A stretch of 27,856 bases of DNA from Candidatus Eiseniibacteriota bacterium (GTDB lineage Bacteria > Eisenbacteria > RBG-16-71-46 > DASYSL01): positions 1-27,856 of the forward strand of contig JBKJJJ010000146.1 in the NCBI GenBank assembly GCA_046598045.1, in the 5' to 3' direction. Below, piece by piece: positions 18,475-27,508 of this stretch. The first letter of the stretch is position 1; each line of letters begins with the position of its first letter. The position numbers were made by a program, and so were the translations under genes. Under the pieces are notes generated by a model. It had not been told where the DNA came from and searched no databases. It saw only the letters and a program-made list of their open reading frames with translations.

Positions 18475-20115
18475 GTGAGCCGCCCACGGGCGTTCCTCCG
18501 GCTCGCAGCCCTGGCAGTGCTGGTCGCGTCCGTGGGCGCCGCGAGTCCGCTCCGTGCGCAGACGAGCCCGATGACGCCGACGAACGCGGATGGTTCTCCC
18601 GCGGGGATCAGCTCTCCGTCCACTGCCGTCCCATGGGGCACCGGAGTTCCGCTCTCCGAGCGCAGCGACCAGGAGGGGGCGATCGATCCGGCGCGCTATA
18701 TCCTCGGCCCCGGGGACGGTCTCGTGCTCTCCATTCTCGGACGGGTCTCGCTCGACGTGCCGACCGAGGTGGATCCCGAGGGCTATCTCTGGATCCCGGA
18801 CTTCGGCCGCCTGCCGGTGGCCGGTCTCACGCTGGAGCAGGCTCGCAAGAAGGTGCGCGAGCGATTCCACGGCGGCTCGCGCGGCATCGAGCCCGAGTTG
18901 CGACTCGTCCGACTCCGAAAGTTCAAGGTCTATGTCACCGGCGAGGTGAAGCAGCCCGGCTCGATCGTCGCCCAGGGCGTGACCCGCGTGTCGGAGGCGA
19001 TCGAGCGTGCCGGAGGGCTGCTCGACGGCGCGTCGAGCCGCAACGTCGTCGTACGCGGTCGCGACGGGGGGACGCACACGGCCGACCTCGTTCGCTTCGA
19101 GCGCACCGGGGACCCGGCGGACAATCCGTCCGTGCTCGACGGGGATCACATCCTGGTCCCGCGGCGCGGTCCCACGATCGCGATCTATGCCCCGGTGGCC
19201 TATCCGGGGATCTACGAATTCCGGTCCGGGGACCGGCTCTCCGACCTGCTCGCGCTCGCGGGCCCGTTCCGCGCGGAGGCAGCGCTCGATCGCGCGACCC
19301 TGCTCCGGTTCCGCGATGACCGGCAGGTCGACACGCTCCGCGTCGAGCTCGCGGCGCCCGCCGGCACGGCGGACCTCGGTCTCCAGGCGGGCGATCGATT
19401 GTTCGTGGCCGCGCGCGGGGACTACCACACGGATCGGAACGTCTCGGTCACCGGCGAGGTCCTACGGCCCGGCATCTACCCGATCGTCGAGGGGGTCGAC
19501 CGCGTGTCGCAACTCGTGGAGCGCGCCGGCGGGGTGCTGCCGGAGGGCAATCGCAACTCGGTGCTGGTCGTCCGCCGCGCCGCGGATTCGCGCGACCGCG
19601 ATCCGGAGTTCGATCGCCTGTCGCGCCTGACCCGCGCCGAGATGACGGACAATGAGTACCAGACCTTTCGCACGAAGCTCGCTTCGGCGAGGGCGACGCA
19701 CACCGTGGACCTCGACCTGATCAGCGCGGACACGACCGCGGGATTTCGCTCCGCGCGCGAGCGCGACGTGCGCCTCGAACCCGGGGACGTGATCTCGGTT
19801 GAGCGCCGTCCCCACTCGATCCAGGTCGGCGGCGAGGTCAAGTGGCCCGGCCTGCTGACCTACGATTCCTCGCTCAAGGGCGGGGATTACATCGCGCTCG
19901 TCGGCGGCTACTCCGGGCGAGCCCGGCAGTCAGGGACCCGGGTAACCAGGGCCACGTCGGGCCAGACGATCTTGCTCAAGGATGCGGGGCGTATCGAGCC
20001 GGGGGACCTCATCTATGTACCCGAGAAACAGGATGTCAACACCTGGGGTGTATTCCGCGACGCGCTCCTCGTCGTGGGGTCGATCGCGACCGTGGTTCTC
20101 GCCTTCCGGCGCTGA
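18475..20115 (+). CDS. Polysaccharide export protein with Poly_export and several SLBB domains (Wza/KpsD-like), 546 aa
   Basis: Signal peptide from GTG 18475 (..LAALAVLVASVGAASPLRAQ), YILGPGDGL, VDPEG...P.FG...VAGLTL, repeated V.V.GEV..PG.Y and L..GD motifs, hydrophobic C-terminal helix. Confidence 0.88.
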   Translation: MSRPRAFLRLAALAVLVASVGAASPLRAQTSPMTPTNADGSPAGISSPSTAVPWGTGVPLSERSDQEGAIDPARYILGPGDGLVLSILGRVSLDVPTEVDPEGYLWIPDFGRLPVAGLTLEQARKKVRERFHGGSRGIEPELRLVRLRKFKVYVTGEVKQPGSIVAQGVTRVSEAIERAGGLLDGASSRNVVVRGRDGGTHTADLVRFERTGDPADNPSVLDGDHILVPRRGPTIAIYAPVAYPGIYEFRSGDRLSDLLALAGPFRAEAALDRATLLRFRDDRQVDTLRVELAAPAGTADLGLQAGDRLFVAARGDYHTDRNVSVTGEVLRPGIYPIVEGVDRVSQLVERAGGVLPEGNRNSVLVVRRAADSRDRDPEFDRLSRLTRAEMTDNEYQTFRTKLASARATHTVDLDLISADTTAGFRSARERDVRLEPGDVISVERRPHSIQVGGEVKWPGLLTYDSSLKGGDYIALVGGYSGRARQSGTRVTRATSGQTILLKDAGRIEPGDLIYVPEKQDVNTWGVFRDALLVVGSIATVVLAFRR

Positions 20116-20121
20116 TCGCCC

Positions 20122-21183
20122 ATGAACGAAGTCCTGAAAATCCTGCTGCGCGCGATCCGACGGGATGCTCCGCTTCCGATCCTCGCCACCGTGCTGTCGG
20201 GCGTGATCGCGTTCGTGGTGGTCTCATTCCTTCCGCGCTGGTACCAGGCGGAGACGACGTTGCTGCCGCCTGACGAGAGCGCGGCCGGACTCGGAGTGCT
20301 GGCGAGCATGATCGAGTCCTCTGCGCTCAGCAAAGTCGGGCTGATCACGGGAGTCTCGGCCTCGGACCTGTTCGAGGAGATCCTCAATAGCCGACGCGTG
20401 CGCGAACCGATCATCGCGAAGTACGACCTGCGCAAGGTCTACGGCGAGAACAACCTCGATCTCTGTCTCCGCGAGATGAGCTTCCACGTGAAGACCGACG
20501 TCGCCCGCAGCCACGTGCTCACCTTGAAGGTCGAGGATCAGGACCCTCAGCGGGCCGCCAACCTGGCGAACGACCTCGTGGCGGGTCTCAACCGTGTCTA
20601 TCGCGAGACCCAGGTCCAGCGCGCGGCCGACGCCGGGCAATTCCTCCAGACCCAACTCGTCGGCGCCCAGCAGCGCCTGCATGAAGCCGAGAACCGGCTC
20701 TCGGCCTACGAACGATCGCACGGCGTGATCGCGGGCAGCGAGGCGGCGGCGGTCGAGGGCACGGCGAACCTGCTCGCCCGCAAGATGGCGCTGCAGGTGC
20801 GCCGGGCGTGGATGGAATCCTACGCCGGCAAGGAGAATTCCGCGCTCTCTGCGATCAACGCGGAACTCTCGGCGATCGACGGCGAGATGGGGCGGCTGCC
20901 CGGACTCAAGCAGGAAACCTCACGCCTCGCGCTGGAGGTCGAGATCCAGCGCCGCGTCTACACGCTGCTGACCGCGCAGTACGAGGAGGCGCGGATCGAG
21001 CGTGAGCGCACCATGTCGGGAATTTCCGTGCTCGACACCGCGCGCCCGCCGACGATCAAGTCGCGCCCGCGCAAGAGCCTCGTCGTGGCCGTCGCGGCCG
21101 GCGTGGCCCTGATCCTGGGCACGGCCTGGATGACGGTACGCGCGCGCGAGGACCTGGAGCGGGCCGGACTTCGCCAGAGTTAG
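20122..21183 (+). CDS. Polysaccharide co-polymerase / chain-length determinant (Wzz/GumC-like, no kinase domain), 353 aa
   Basis: N-terminal TM then P.WYQA..TLLPP, EIL.SR, DP..AA..AN, coiled-coil region, VLD.A.PP..KSRP before the C-terminal TM; no Walker A. Confidence 0.85.
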   Translation: MNEVLKILLRAIRRDAPLPILATVLSGVIAFVVVSFLPRWYQAETTLLPPDESAAGLGVLASMIESSALSKVGLITGVSASDLFEEILNSRRVREPIIAKYDLRKVYGENNLDLCLREMSFHVKTDVARSHVLTLKVEDQDPQRAANLANDLVAGLNRVYRETQVQRAADAGQFLQTQLVGAQQRLHEAENRLSAYERSHGVIAGSEAAAVEGTANLLARKMALQVRRAWMESYAGKENSALSAINAELSAIDGEMGRLPGLKQETSRLALEVEIQRRVYTLLTAQYEEARIERERTMSGISVLDTARPPTIKSRPRKSLVVAVAAGVALILGTAWMTVRAREDLERAGLRQS

Positions 21184-21202
21184 AGGCGTGCCACCGCGTC
21201 CC

Positions 21203-22183
21203 TCAGTTCCCCGACGGCGGCTTCTGGGCTCCCCGGTACTGCTCGATGGCCTCGATCGGCGTGAGCGGCGTTTCCGACCGACGTCCCAGGAAGTAGAAAC
21301 CCGACGCGCCGTCGACATGGTATGCGCGCGGGATCCACGAATCGAACACGCGCATGCCGTACACCAGCCGGCGCGCCCACGCCCCGGCGTTTCGCGAGCG
21401 CGTCAACCCCGTGACCCAGGCTTCGACGGACCATGCGAGTTGCATCGTAAGTCCCGCCACCACGTCCGCGTCGATGCGCTCGAACTCGCGGAACAGCCAG
21501 CGGTGGCCGCTCTCCGTGAAGCGGGTGAAATCGTAGGGTCCCTCGTGGACGTGCTGCATGAACGGGGTCTCGGCGTAGACCAGGCCCCCGGGGGCGAGGA
21601 CGCGATGGATTTCGCGCACGACGATGGCAGGGTCGAGTACGTGTTCCAGCACTGCTTGGATCCACACGGCATGGATCGTCCCGTTCGCCAGCGGGACCTG
21701 GTGGGCATCGGCGACGAACTGCACCAGCGGCGAGCGGTAGATGTCGAAACCGACCAAGTCGACCTCCGGCCGCTCGTACAGGGCCTCGACACCGGGGGTC
21801 GCGCGCCCGCCCCCGATGACGAGCACTCGCGGACGTGGCGCCAGGTCTGCGGCGAGGCGAAGCACCCGTTCGGCGTTGGACCGCGCGATGCGGTTCGGCG
21901 GCTCGAGCAGGTCTCGCACCGCGCCGCGCAGGCCGCGGGCCGGGGCGATCGCCCCGCGATCGATTTCGCTTGCGCCCGCACGGGCGAAGTAGCGCTCCCT
22001 CTGCAACACGCTCCGCTCGAAGTCGACGAGGAGCGGCAGCCCGTCGAGGATCGGGAACGGTTCCCGGCTGGCGAGGTCACAGGGGCCGGTGCAGGCGAGC
22101 CCCTGCTCCACGGTCGCGAGCGGCGCAACGCAGCGGGGGCATCGCAGATCCGCGCGAATCTGATCGAGCGTGAGCAGGGGCAT
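21203..22183 (-). CDS. Class I SAM-dependent methyltransferase with N-terminal Trm112-like Zn knuckle, 326 aa
   Basis: LRCPRC...CTGPC...FPILDGLP, motif I VLVIGGG, ADAHQVPL, QAVLEHV, EIHRVL.PGG, PF.Q.VH..PYDFTRFT; GAGGT RBS upstream of ATG 22183. Confidence 0.88.
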   Translation of the reverse strand: MPLLTLDQIRADLRCPRCVAPLATVEQGLACTGPCDLASREPFPILDGLPLLVDFERSVLQRERYFARAGASEIDRGAIAPARGLRGAVRDLLEPPNRIARSNAERVLRLAADLAPRPRVLVIGGGRATPGVEALYERPEVDLVGFDIYRSPLVQFVADAHQVPLANGTIHAVWIQAVLEHVLDPAIVVREIHRVLAPGGLVYAETPFMQHVHEGPYDFTRFTESGHRWLFREFERIDADVVAGLTMQLAWSVEAWVTGLTRSRNAGAWARRLVYGMRVFDSWIPRAYHVDGASGFYFLGRRSETPLTPIEAIEQYRGAQKPPSGN

Positions 22184-22290
22184 GGTGGCTGGAACCTCGA
22201 GGTGGGACGTCGAGCCTGGCGCTTTCGCGGTCATTTGGATCCCCGCCAGCCCGGACGTCAAGTTCCATCCTCCCGCAAGTTCGAGCGCCC

Positions 22291-23769
22291 GTGAAACGGC
22301 CCGCGGGCGGTATCGGGAGGGACGCGTTCTGGTCGCTGCTCTACCTGGTCGCGATTCGCGCGGGCGCGTTCGTCCTGTCGGTGATCGTCGCGCGCCTTCT
22401 CGGTACTTGGGGCATCGGCGCGTTCGGCATCGCGCTCCAGGTCGCCGCACTGGCCAGCCTGGTGGGCGGGATGAACCTCGCCACGGCGGTCGGCCGCGAA
22501 TTGCCGAAGGCGCCATCCCCGCAGGACGCGCTCGGGATCGTGCGCACCAGCGCCTGGGCAGTGGGGATCGGCGGAACGATCACCGGCCTGGCGCTCGCGC
22601 TGCTCGCGCCGATGCTGGCCACGCGCGTCTACGGCGATGCGCGCCTGTCGATGGTCCTCGTGGGCGCCGGCGTGTTCGCGGCAGCCTCGAGCCTGTACGT
22701 GTGGGCCGAGGGCGCCCAGCAGGGCCTGCGCTGGTTCCGCTGGCAGACGCGCTGGGGCGTGCTGGTCGCGGTCACGGACGTCCTCGTCGGGACCCTGGCC
22801 GCGCTGCGCGACCTGACCACGATGCTGGTGGTGCGAGCGGGCATTCGCCTGACGGCAGTCTCCGTTCTCCTGGTCGCGGTGGGTCGCGCGCTGCGGCGTC
22901 GCGGGGCGGTCGAGCCGCCGGGCAGCTCCGGGCGCCCGGCTGCGACGCTCCGACGGTTACTCGCGTTCGCGGGACCGTTGTTGCTCTCGAACGTGCTCGC
23001 GCTGGGCGCCCTCTCGTGGATGCGCGTGATCGTCACCCGCAGCGGCGGTGTGGGGGAGGCCGGCTACTACCAGGCCGCGGACACCGTCGTGCAGGGTCTG
23101 GCGCTCGTGCCACTGGCAGCCGCGACCGCGTTCCTCCCGTCGGTCGCCCACGCCGGGAAGCTTGGCTATCCGAACTTCGACGCCTCGCTCGGCCGCGCCT
23201 TCCGGCGTGTGACCGGGATCAACCTGCCGCTCTGTATGGTGGTCGCCGGGCTGAGCGCATGGTTGCCCGGCTTGGTCTTCGGCGCGCCCCTGGCCCCGGC
23301 GGGCGGCGCGATGGCCGGGCTGGCCGCGGCCTCAGGCATGATCGGTCTCGCCACCATGTTTGGGGCGACCATCCTGGGGCGCGGCGAGGTATGGTACGGC
23401 GTGGCCGTGAACGCGGCCTGGGCGCTCACGCTCCTCGGGCTCATGGGCGCCGGGTTCGATCACGCCGGCGCACGTGGCGCGAGCATCGCCGTGGGCGGCT
23501 CGTATCTCCTGATGCTCATGGTCTACATGCTCATCGCGCACTGGAAATGGAACGTGTCGTGGCGACTGATCACCGCGCCGATGCTCGCCAACCTGGGCGC
23601 CTGGCTGGCTGTCCTCGCGTGCGGCCGATTCTTTCCGCGAGCGCCAGGCCTGCTCGCCGCGACCTGCGGCGTCATCGCCGCCGTGGTGTTCTTCCGCTGG
23701 GCCTGGCCGGAATTCCGCTCGCAGCGCCTCTCGGTCTGGTGGACATCCGGTGGTTCCGGGGAGCTCTGA
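22291..23769 (+). CDS. wzx: Oligosaccharide flippase (MOP/Wzx family), 492 aa
   Basis: Many hydrophobic segments, IVARLLG...GAF, RLLAFAGPL, GYYQAA, FLPSV, GA.GASIA; context. Confidence 0.85.
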   Translation: MKRPAGGIGRDAFWSLLYLVAIRAGAFVLSVIVARLLGTWGIGAFGIALQVAALASLVGGMNLATAVGRELPKAPSPQDALGIVRTSAWAVGIGGTITGLALALLAPMLATRVYGDARLSMVLVGAGVFAAASSLYVWAEGAQQGLRWFRWQTRWGVLVAVTDVLVGTLAALRDLTTMLVVRAGIRLTAVSVLLVAVGRALRRRGAVEPPGSSGRPAATLRRLLAFAGPLLLSNVLALGALSWMRVIVTRSGGVGEAGYYQAADTVVQGLALVPLAAATAFLPSVAHAGKLGYPNFDASLGRAFRRVTGINLPLCMVVAGLSAWLPGLVFGAPLAPAGGAMAGLAAASGMIGLATMFGATILGRGEVWYGVAVNAAWALTLLGLMGAGFDHAGARGASIAVGGSYLLMLMVYMLIAHWKWNVSWRLITAPMLANLGAWLAVLACGRFFPRAPGLLAATCGVIAAVVFFRWAWPEFRSQRLSVWWTSGGSGEL

Positions 23770-23776
23770 GGACTCG

Positions 23777-25237
23777 ATGAACGGCCTGCTCACTCGATCT
23801 TCGGAAACCCGCTGGAAGGTGATCGCCCTCCCCGTGCTGCTCGTGCTGACCGCCGTCGCTGGTGGCGTCGCGGTCAGCGGCGACTTGGGCCCGATCGCGC
23901 TCGCCGGTCTCGGGTTGCTCTCCCTGGGCATGTTCGCCCTGCTCCTGGCGTCACCGCGGATTGCGCTCTACCTGATCATGGCGCAGGTCTCGCTCTTCCC
24001 GGCGGTGCCCATCACCGAAGGCCGGGGCGTCAATCCGATCGACCTGATCCTGCCGGCGGCGCTGTTCGGGGCATGGTTTTGGACGAATGCGGTGCCACGC
24101 GGCGGCGGGGCGAGCGTCGGGGATCGGGCGCTCCACTCGATCCAGCGCGGCGCGCTCGTGTACTACGCGGTGGCGATCCTTTCGCTCATCGTCCTCGGAC
24201 TCTCAGGTCGCCCGTTCGATGCCCTCGACTCGCTGCTCGTGCTCTCGCGGTCGTTCTCCGGCGCGCTGTTCTTCTTCCTGATGGGGCGCCTGATCCGCAC
24301 TCCCGCGCAGCTACGCCTCGCCCGCAACGCGGTGCTGATCGGACTCGCACTCGCGCTCGTGCTGAACTCCCTGACGATGGTGCTGGCCGACGTCCCGCGC
24401 GCCGGCGCGGTATGGGTGCTGGGCGATCCGTCGACTCGCGGCGGCGCCTCGTGGAGTGTCGGTATCGGCGGCTGGACTGTGACCAACCCGAACGAGTTGG
24501 CCATGGCGTGCGTGCTTGGGACGGCCCTGATCCTCGCCATGCCGATCGGCCGCGTCGGGACGGTGCTGGTCCTCGTCGGGTGCCTGGCCCTGCTCATGCT
24601 CACGCTCTCCCGCAGCGGGCTCCTCGCGTGGCTGATCCTGGTCGCGACTCACAGCTTGCGGGGGGGGCGGCGCTCGCTCTGGCTGCTGCCGCTCGGAGTG
24701 GTCGCGCTCTTCCCGCTGCTGCCCGAGGAGTTCCGGACTCGCATGCTGCGGACGCTAACCCTGCAGAAGGGCAGCTTCGAGGCCTACTCGTCGCTCATCC
24801 GCGTGCTCTCCTGGCAGGCTTCGTCCAGGGTCTTTCTCGCGCACCCATTGTTCGGGGTCGGTTATCTCGGGTTCCGCTTCGTCAGCAAGGATTACAATCC
24901 GCTCGCGGCGTATCTCCTGACGTCCGAGAACTTCTTCATCGAGACGGCTTCCGGCATGGGCATCCTCGGCCTGCTCGCGCTGGTGTTCTTCGTGGTCTCG
25001 GTGCTGCTCGCGGGGCGCGCGCTCGAACGCGCATCCGTGCCCGGCTCGATCCCTTATCGTTTCGCGCGCATGACCCCGGGCTACCTGATGGCGGTCGCCG
25101 TATCGAACCTCACGGGGGACGTGCTGATCGGCCTGCTCGGCGTGTCGCAGCTCGCCGTGTTCTTCGGCTTCCTCGTCCAGTCCGGTCGCGTCGAGGAAAG
25201 CCTGCGGCCCTCGCCGAGCGCGGCGCAATCCGCGTGA
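23777..25237 (+). CDS. O-antigen ligase/polymerase family (Wzy_C) membrane protein, 486 aa
   Basis: Multi-TM, NPNELA, LTLSRSG, R...W, HPLFGVGYLGF, N.F.E....GILG; GAGGA RBS before ATG 23777. Confidence 0.85.
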   Translation: MNGLLTRSSETRWKVIALPVLLVLTAVAGGVAVSGDLGPIALAGLGLLSLGMFALLLASPRIALYLIMAQVSLFPAVPITEGRGVNPIDLILPAALFGAWFWTNAVPRGGGASVGDRALHSIQRGALVYYAVAILSLIVLGLSGRPFDALDSLLVLSRSFSGALFFFLMGRLIRTPAQLRLARNAVLIGLALALVLNSLTMVLADVPRAGAVWVLGDPSTRGGASWSVGIGGWTVTNPNELAMACVLGTALILAMPIGRVGTVLVLVGCLALLMLTLSRSGLLAWLILVATHSLRGGRRSLWLLPLGVVALFPLLPEEFRTRMLRTLTLQKGSFEAYSSLIRVLSWQASSRVFLAHPLFGVGYLGFRFVSKDYNPLAAYLLTSENFFIETASGMGILGLLALVFFVVSVLLAGRALERASVPGSIPYRFARMTPGYLMAVAVSNLTGDVLIGLLGVSQLAVFFGFLVQSGRVEESLRPSPSAAQSA

Positions 25238-26319
25238 AGATTCTCGCCCTCGTGCCCCATCCGGCCGCGGGCGCGAGCACTCGTTATCGCGTGCTCCAGT
25301 ACGCGCCCCTGCTCGAACGGCGTGGATACACGCTCGAGATCGCGCCGTTATTCGACGCCCGGGCGTTCGATCGTCTGTATCGACCCGGCAAGTGGCTGGC
25401 CAAGGGCGCGGACTTGGCGCGCGCCTTCGCCTCCCGTCTGCGCGACGTGCTCGGGGCGGCGCGCGCGGACGTGGTGATCGTCCATCGCGAAATCTGGCCG
25501 CTCGCCGGGCTCCTGCACGAGGGGATCCTGCGCGCGCGCAATCCGCGCTTCGTGTTCGATCTCGACGATGCGATCTTCCTTCCGAACGTGAGCCGGGCGA
25601 ATCGCGCATTCGCGTTCCTCAAGGATGCGCACAAGAGCGCGTGGCTCGCGCGGCACGCGGCGGCGGTCAGCGCGGGCAATGGCTTCCTTGCCGATTGGGC
25701 GCGTGGCGCCGGAGCGAAGACCGGGGACGTGTTCCTCGTGCCGACCGCGGTCGACACCGACGTGTGGCGGCCTGCCGCCGGGACACGCCCGCCGGGGACA
25801 CCGATTCTCGGCTGGATCGGAAGCCACAGCACCGTGAGTTACCTCGAACCGCTGCGCCCCGTGTTCACCGAACTCGCGCGCCGAGTGCCCGGGATTCGGC
25901 TGCGGGTCATCGGGGCTGAGTTTGCGTGCGAGGGCATCGACGTCGAGTGCCAGCCGTGGTCCCTGGACACGGAGGTCAGAGCCCTCGAAGAGACCACAAT
26001 CGGGCTCGCTCCCCTGACCGACAGCGCATGGTCGCAAGGCAAGTGCGGGCTGAAGGTCCTGCAGTACATGGCGCTGGGCAAGCCCGTGATCAGTTCTCCC
26101 GTCGGGGCAAACCACGAGATCGTGCTCGACGGCGTCACCGGAAGGTTCGCCAATAGTGCGGAACAGTGGCAAGACACGGTCCTGCAGCTGCTCGATTCCC
26201 CGGCGGAGCAGTCCCGGCTGGGCATGGCGGGACGGGCGCGCGTCGAGCAGGAGTACTCGCTACGCGCGGTCGAACCGCGTCTCGCGGCCGCGCTCTTGCA
26301 TGCCTCGGAGCGCGCCTGA
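25234..26319 (+). CDS. Glycosyltransferase family 4, 361 aa
   Basis: GTGA overlap; ASTRYRVLQY, FDLDDAIF, VPTAVD, GWIGS, IGLAPL.D..WSQGKCGLK.LQYMA.G.PV..SPVG.N. Confidence 0.9.
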   Translation: MKILALVPHPAAGASTRYRVLQYAPLLERRGYTLEIAPLFDARAFDRLYRPGKWLAKGADLARAFASRLRDVLGAARADVVIVHREIWPLAGLLHEGILRARNPRFVFDLDDAIFLPNVSRANRAFAFLKDAHKSAWLARHAAAVSAGNGFLADWARGAGAKTGDVFLVPTAVDTDVWRPAAGTRPPGTPILGWIGSHSTVSYLEPLRPVFTELARRVPGIRLRVIGAEFACEGIDVECQPWSLDTEVRALEETTIGLAPLTDSAWSQGKCGLKVLQYMALGKPVISSPVGANHEIVLDGVTGRFANSAEQWQDTVLQLLDSPAEQSRLGMAGRARVEQEYSLRAVEPRLAAALLHASERA

Positions 26320-26320
26320 C

Positions 26321-27508
26321 ATGGGCGCCGCCGCGGGGTCCGCGCGCCCGATCCGCGTGGCGCACGTGATCACGCGCCTGATCGTCGGCGGCGCGCAGGA
26401 GACCGCGCTGCTGCTGTGCGCGCTCCTGGACCCGGAGCGGATCTCGAGCGTGCTCGTGACCGGACCCCAGACCGGCAGCGAGGGCGGCCTGTTCGCGGAG
26501 GCGGCGGCGCGGGGTGTCGAAGTCGTCGTCGAGCCGTCGCTTGTGCGCGAACTGAATCCAGTCCAGGACCCGTGGAGCATCCTGCGGCTGGTCGCGCAGT
26601 TCCGGCGGCTGCGCCCGGACATCGTGCACACGAATTCGTCGAAGGCCGGGATCGTGGGCCGGGTCGCCGCGCGTCTCGCCGGCGTCCCGCGCGTGGTTCA
26701 CACCGTGCATGGCTGGGGATTCCATCCGCGGCAGCGCTGGGCGGAGCGCACGCTCTACCAGGCGCTCGAGCGCGCATGCGCGCCGCTCGCGGACGCGCTG
26801 GTCGTGGTGGCGGAACCGAACCGCGTCCAGGGCCTCGCGCTCGGGATCGGGCGTCCCGCCCAGTACCACTGCATTCGCAGCGGGATCGAGATCGCGCCTT
26901 ACGCTGATGCGCCGAGGCATCGCAAGGCCACGCGCGAGGCGCTTGGGATCGCGCCCTCCGATTTCGTCTTTGGCAGCGTCGGGCGGCTCTCGGAGCAGAA
27001 GTCTCCGCTCGACCTCGTCGCGGCGTTTGCCTCCGTCGCGCGGCGGCACGCGAATGCCCGGCTCGTGCTGGTGGGGGACGGCCCGCTGCGCGCGGACGTC
27101 GAGCGCACGATCGGCGAGGCCGGCCTCGGGGCGAGCGTTCACCTGGCGGGGCTGCGCCGGGACGTGCCGGCATACCTCGGGGCGTTCGACGCGTTCGTGC
27201 TGAGCAGCCGGTGGGAAGGCCTGCCGCGAGTCGTGCCGCAGGCGATGGCCGCGGGGCTCCCCATCGTTGCGACTGCGACCGACGGCACGCCCGAGGCGGT
27301 GTTCGAGGGCGAAACCGGGTGGCTCGTGAAGCCCGGGGACACGGCCGCGCTCGCCGATCGCATGGAGCGCCTGCTGGTCGACGCTCCGCTTGCGCGACGC
27401 ATGGGCGCCGTTGCCCGGGAACGGGTGGCCCCGTTCTCCGCCGAGCGGATGGTCGCGGACATGACCGCGCTCTACGCGAGCCTCGTGCAAGCGGAGACGA
27501 CCCCATGA
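26321..27508 (+). CDS. Glycosyltransferase family 4 (CapM-like), 395 aa
   Basis: VAHVITRLIVGGAQE, DIVHTNSSKAG, HTVHG, VGRLSEQK, VGDGPLR, SSRWEGLP...QAMAAG.P.VAT. Confidence 0.92.
   Translation: MGAAAGSARPIRVAHVITRLIVGGAQETALLLCALLDPERISSVLVTGPQTGSEGGLFAEAAARGVEVVVEPSLVRELNPVQDPWSILRLVAQFRRLRPDIVHTNSSKAGIVGRVAARLAGVPRVVHTVHGWGFHPRQRWAERTLYQALERACAPLADALVVVAEPNRVQGLALGIGRPAQYHCIRSGIEIAPYADAPRHRKATREALGIAPSDFVFGSVGRLSEQKSPLDLVAAFASVARRHANARLVLVGDGPLRADVERTIGEAGLGASVHLAGLRRDVPAYLGAFDAFVLSSRWEGLPRVVPQAMAAGLPIVATATDGTPEAVFEGETGWLVKPGDTAALADRMERLLVDAPLARRMGAVARERVAPFSAERMVADMTALYASLVQAETTP

Noticed and set aside
22233..22261. Minus-strand TTGACG as -35 for the methyltransferase
   Set aside because: The matching -10 position reads CCAAAT, a poor fit; not supportable
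22184..22516. Longer 437-aa version of the minus-strand methyltransferase
   Set aside because: The extension overlaps wzx and is low complexity; ATG 22183 has an RBS and directly precedes the Zn knuckle
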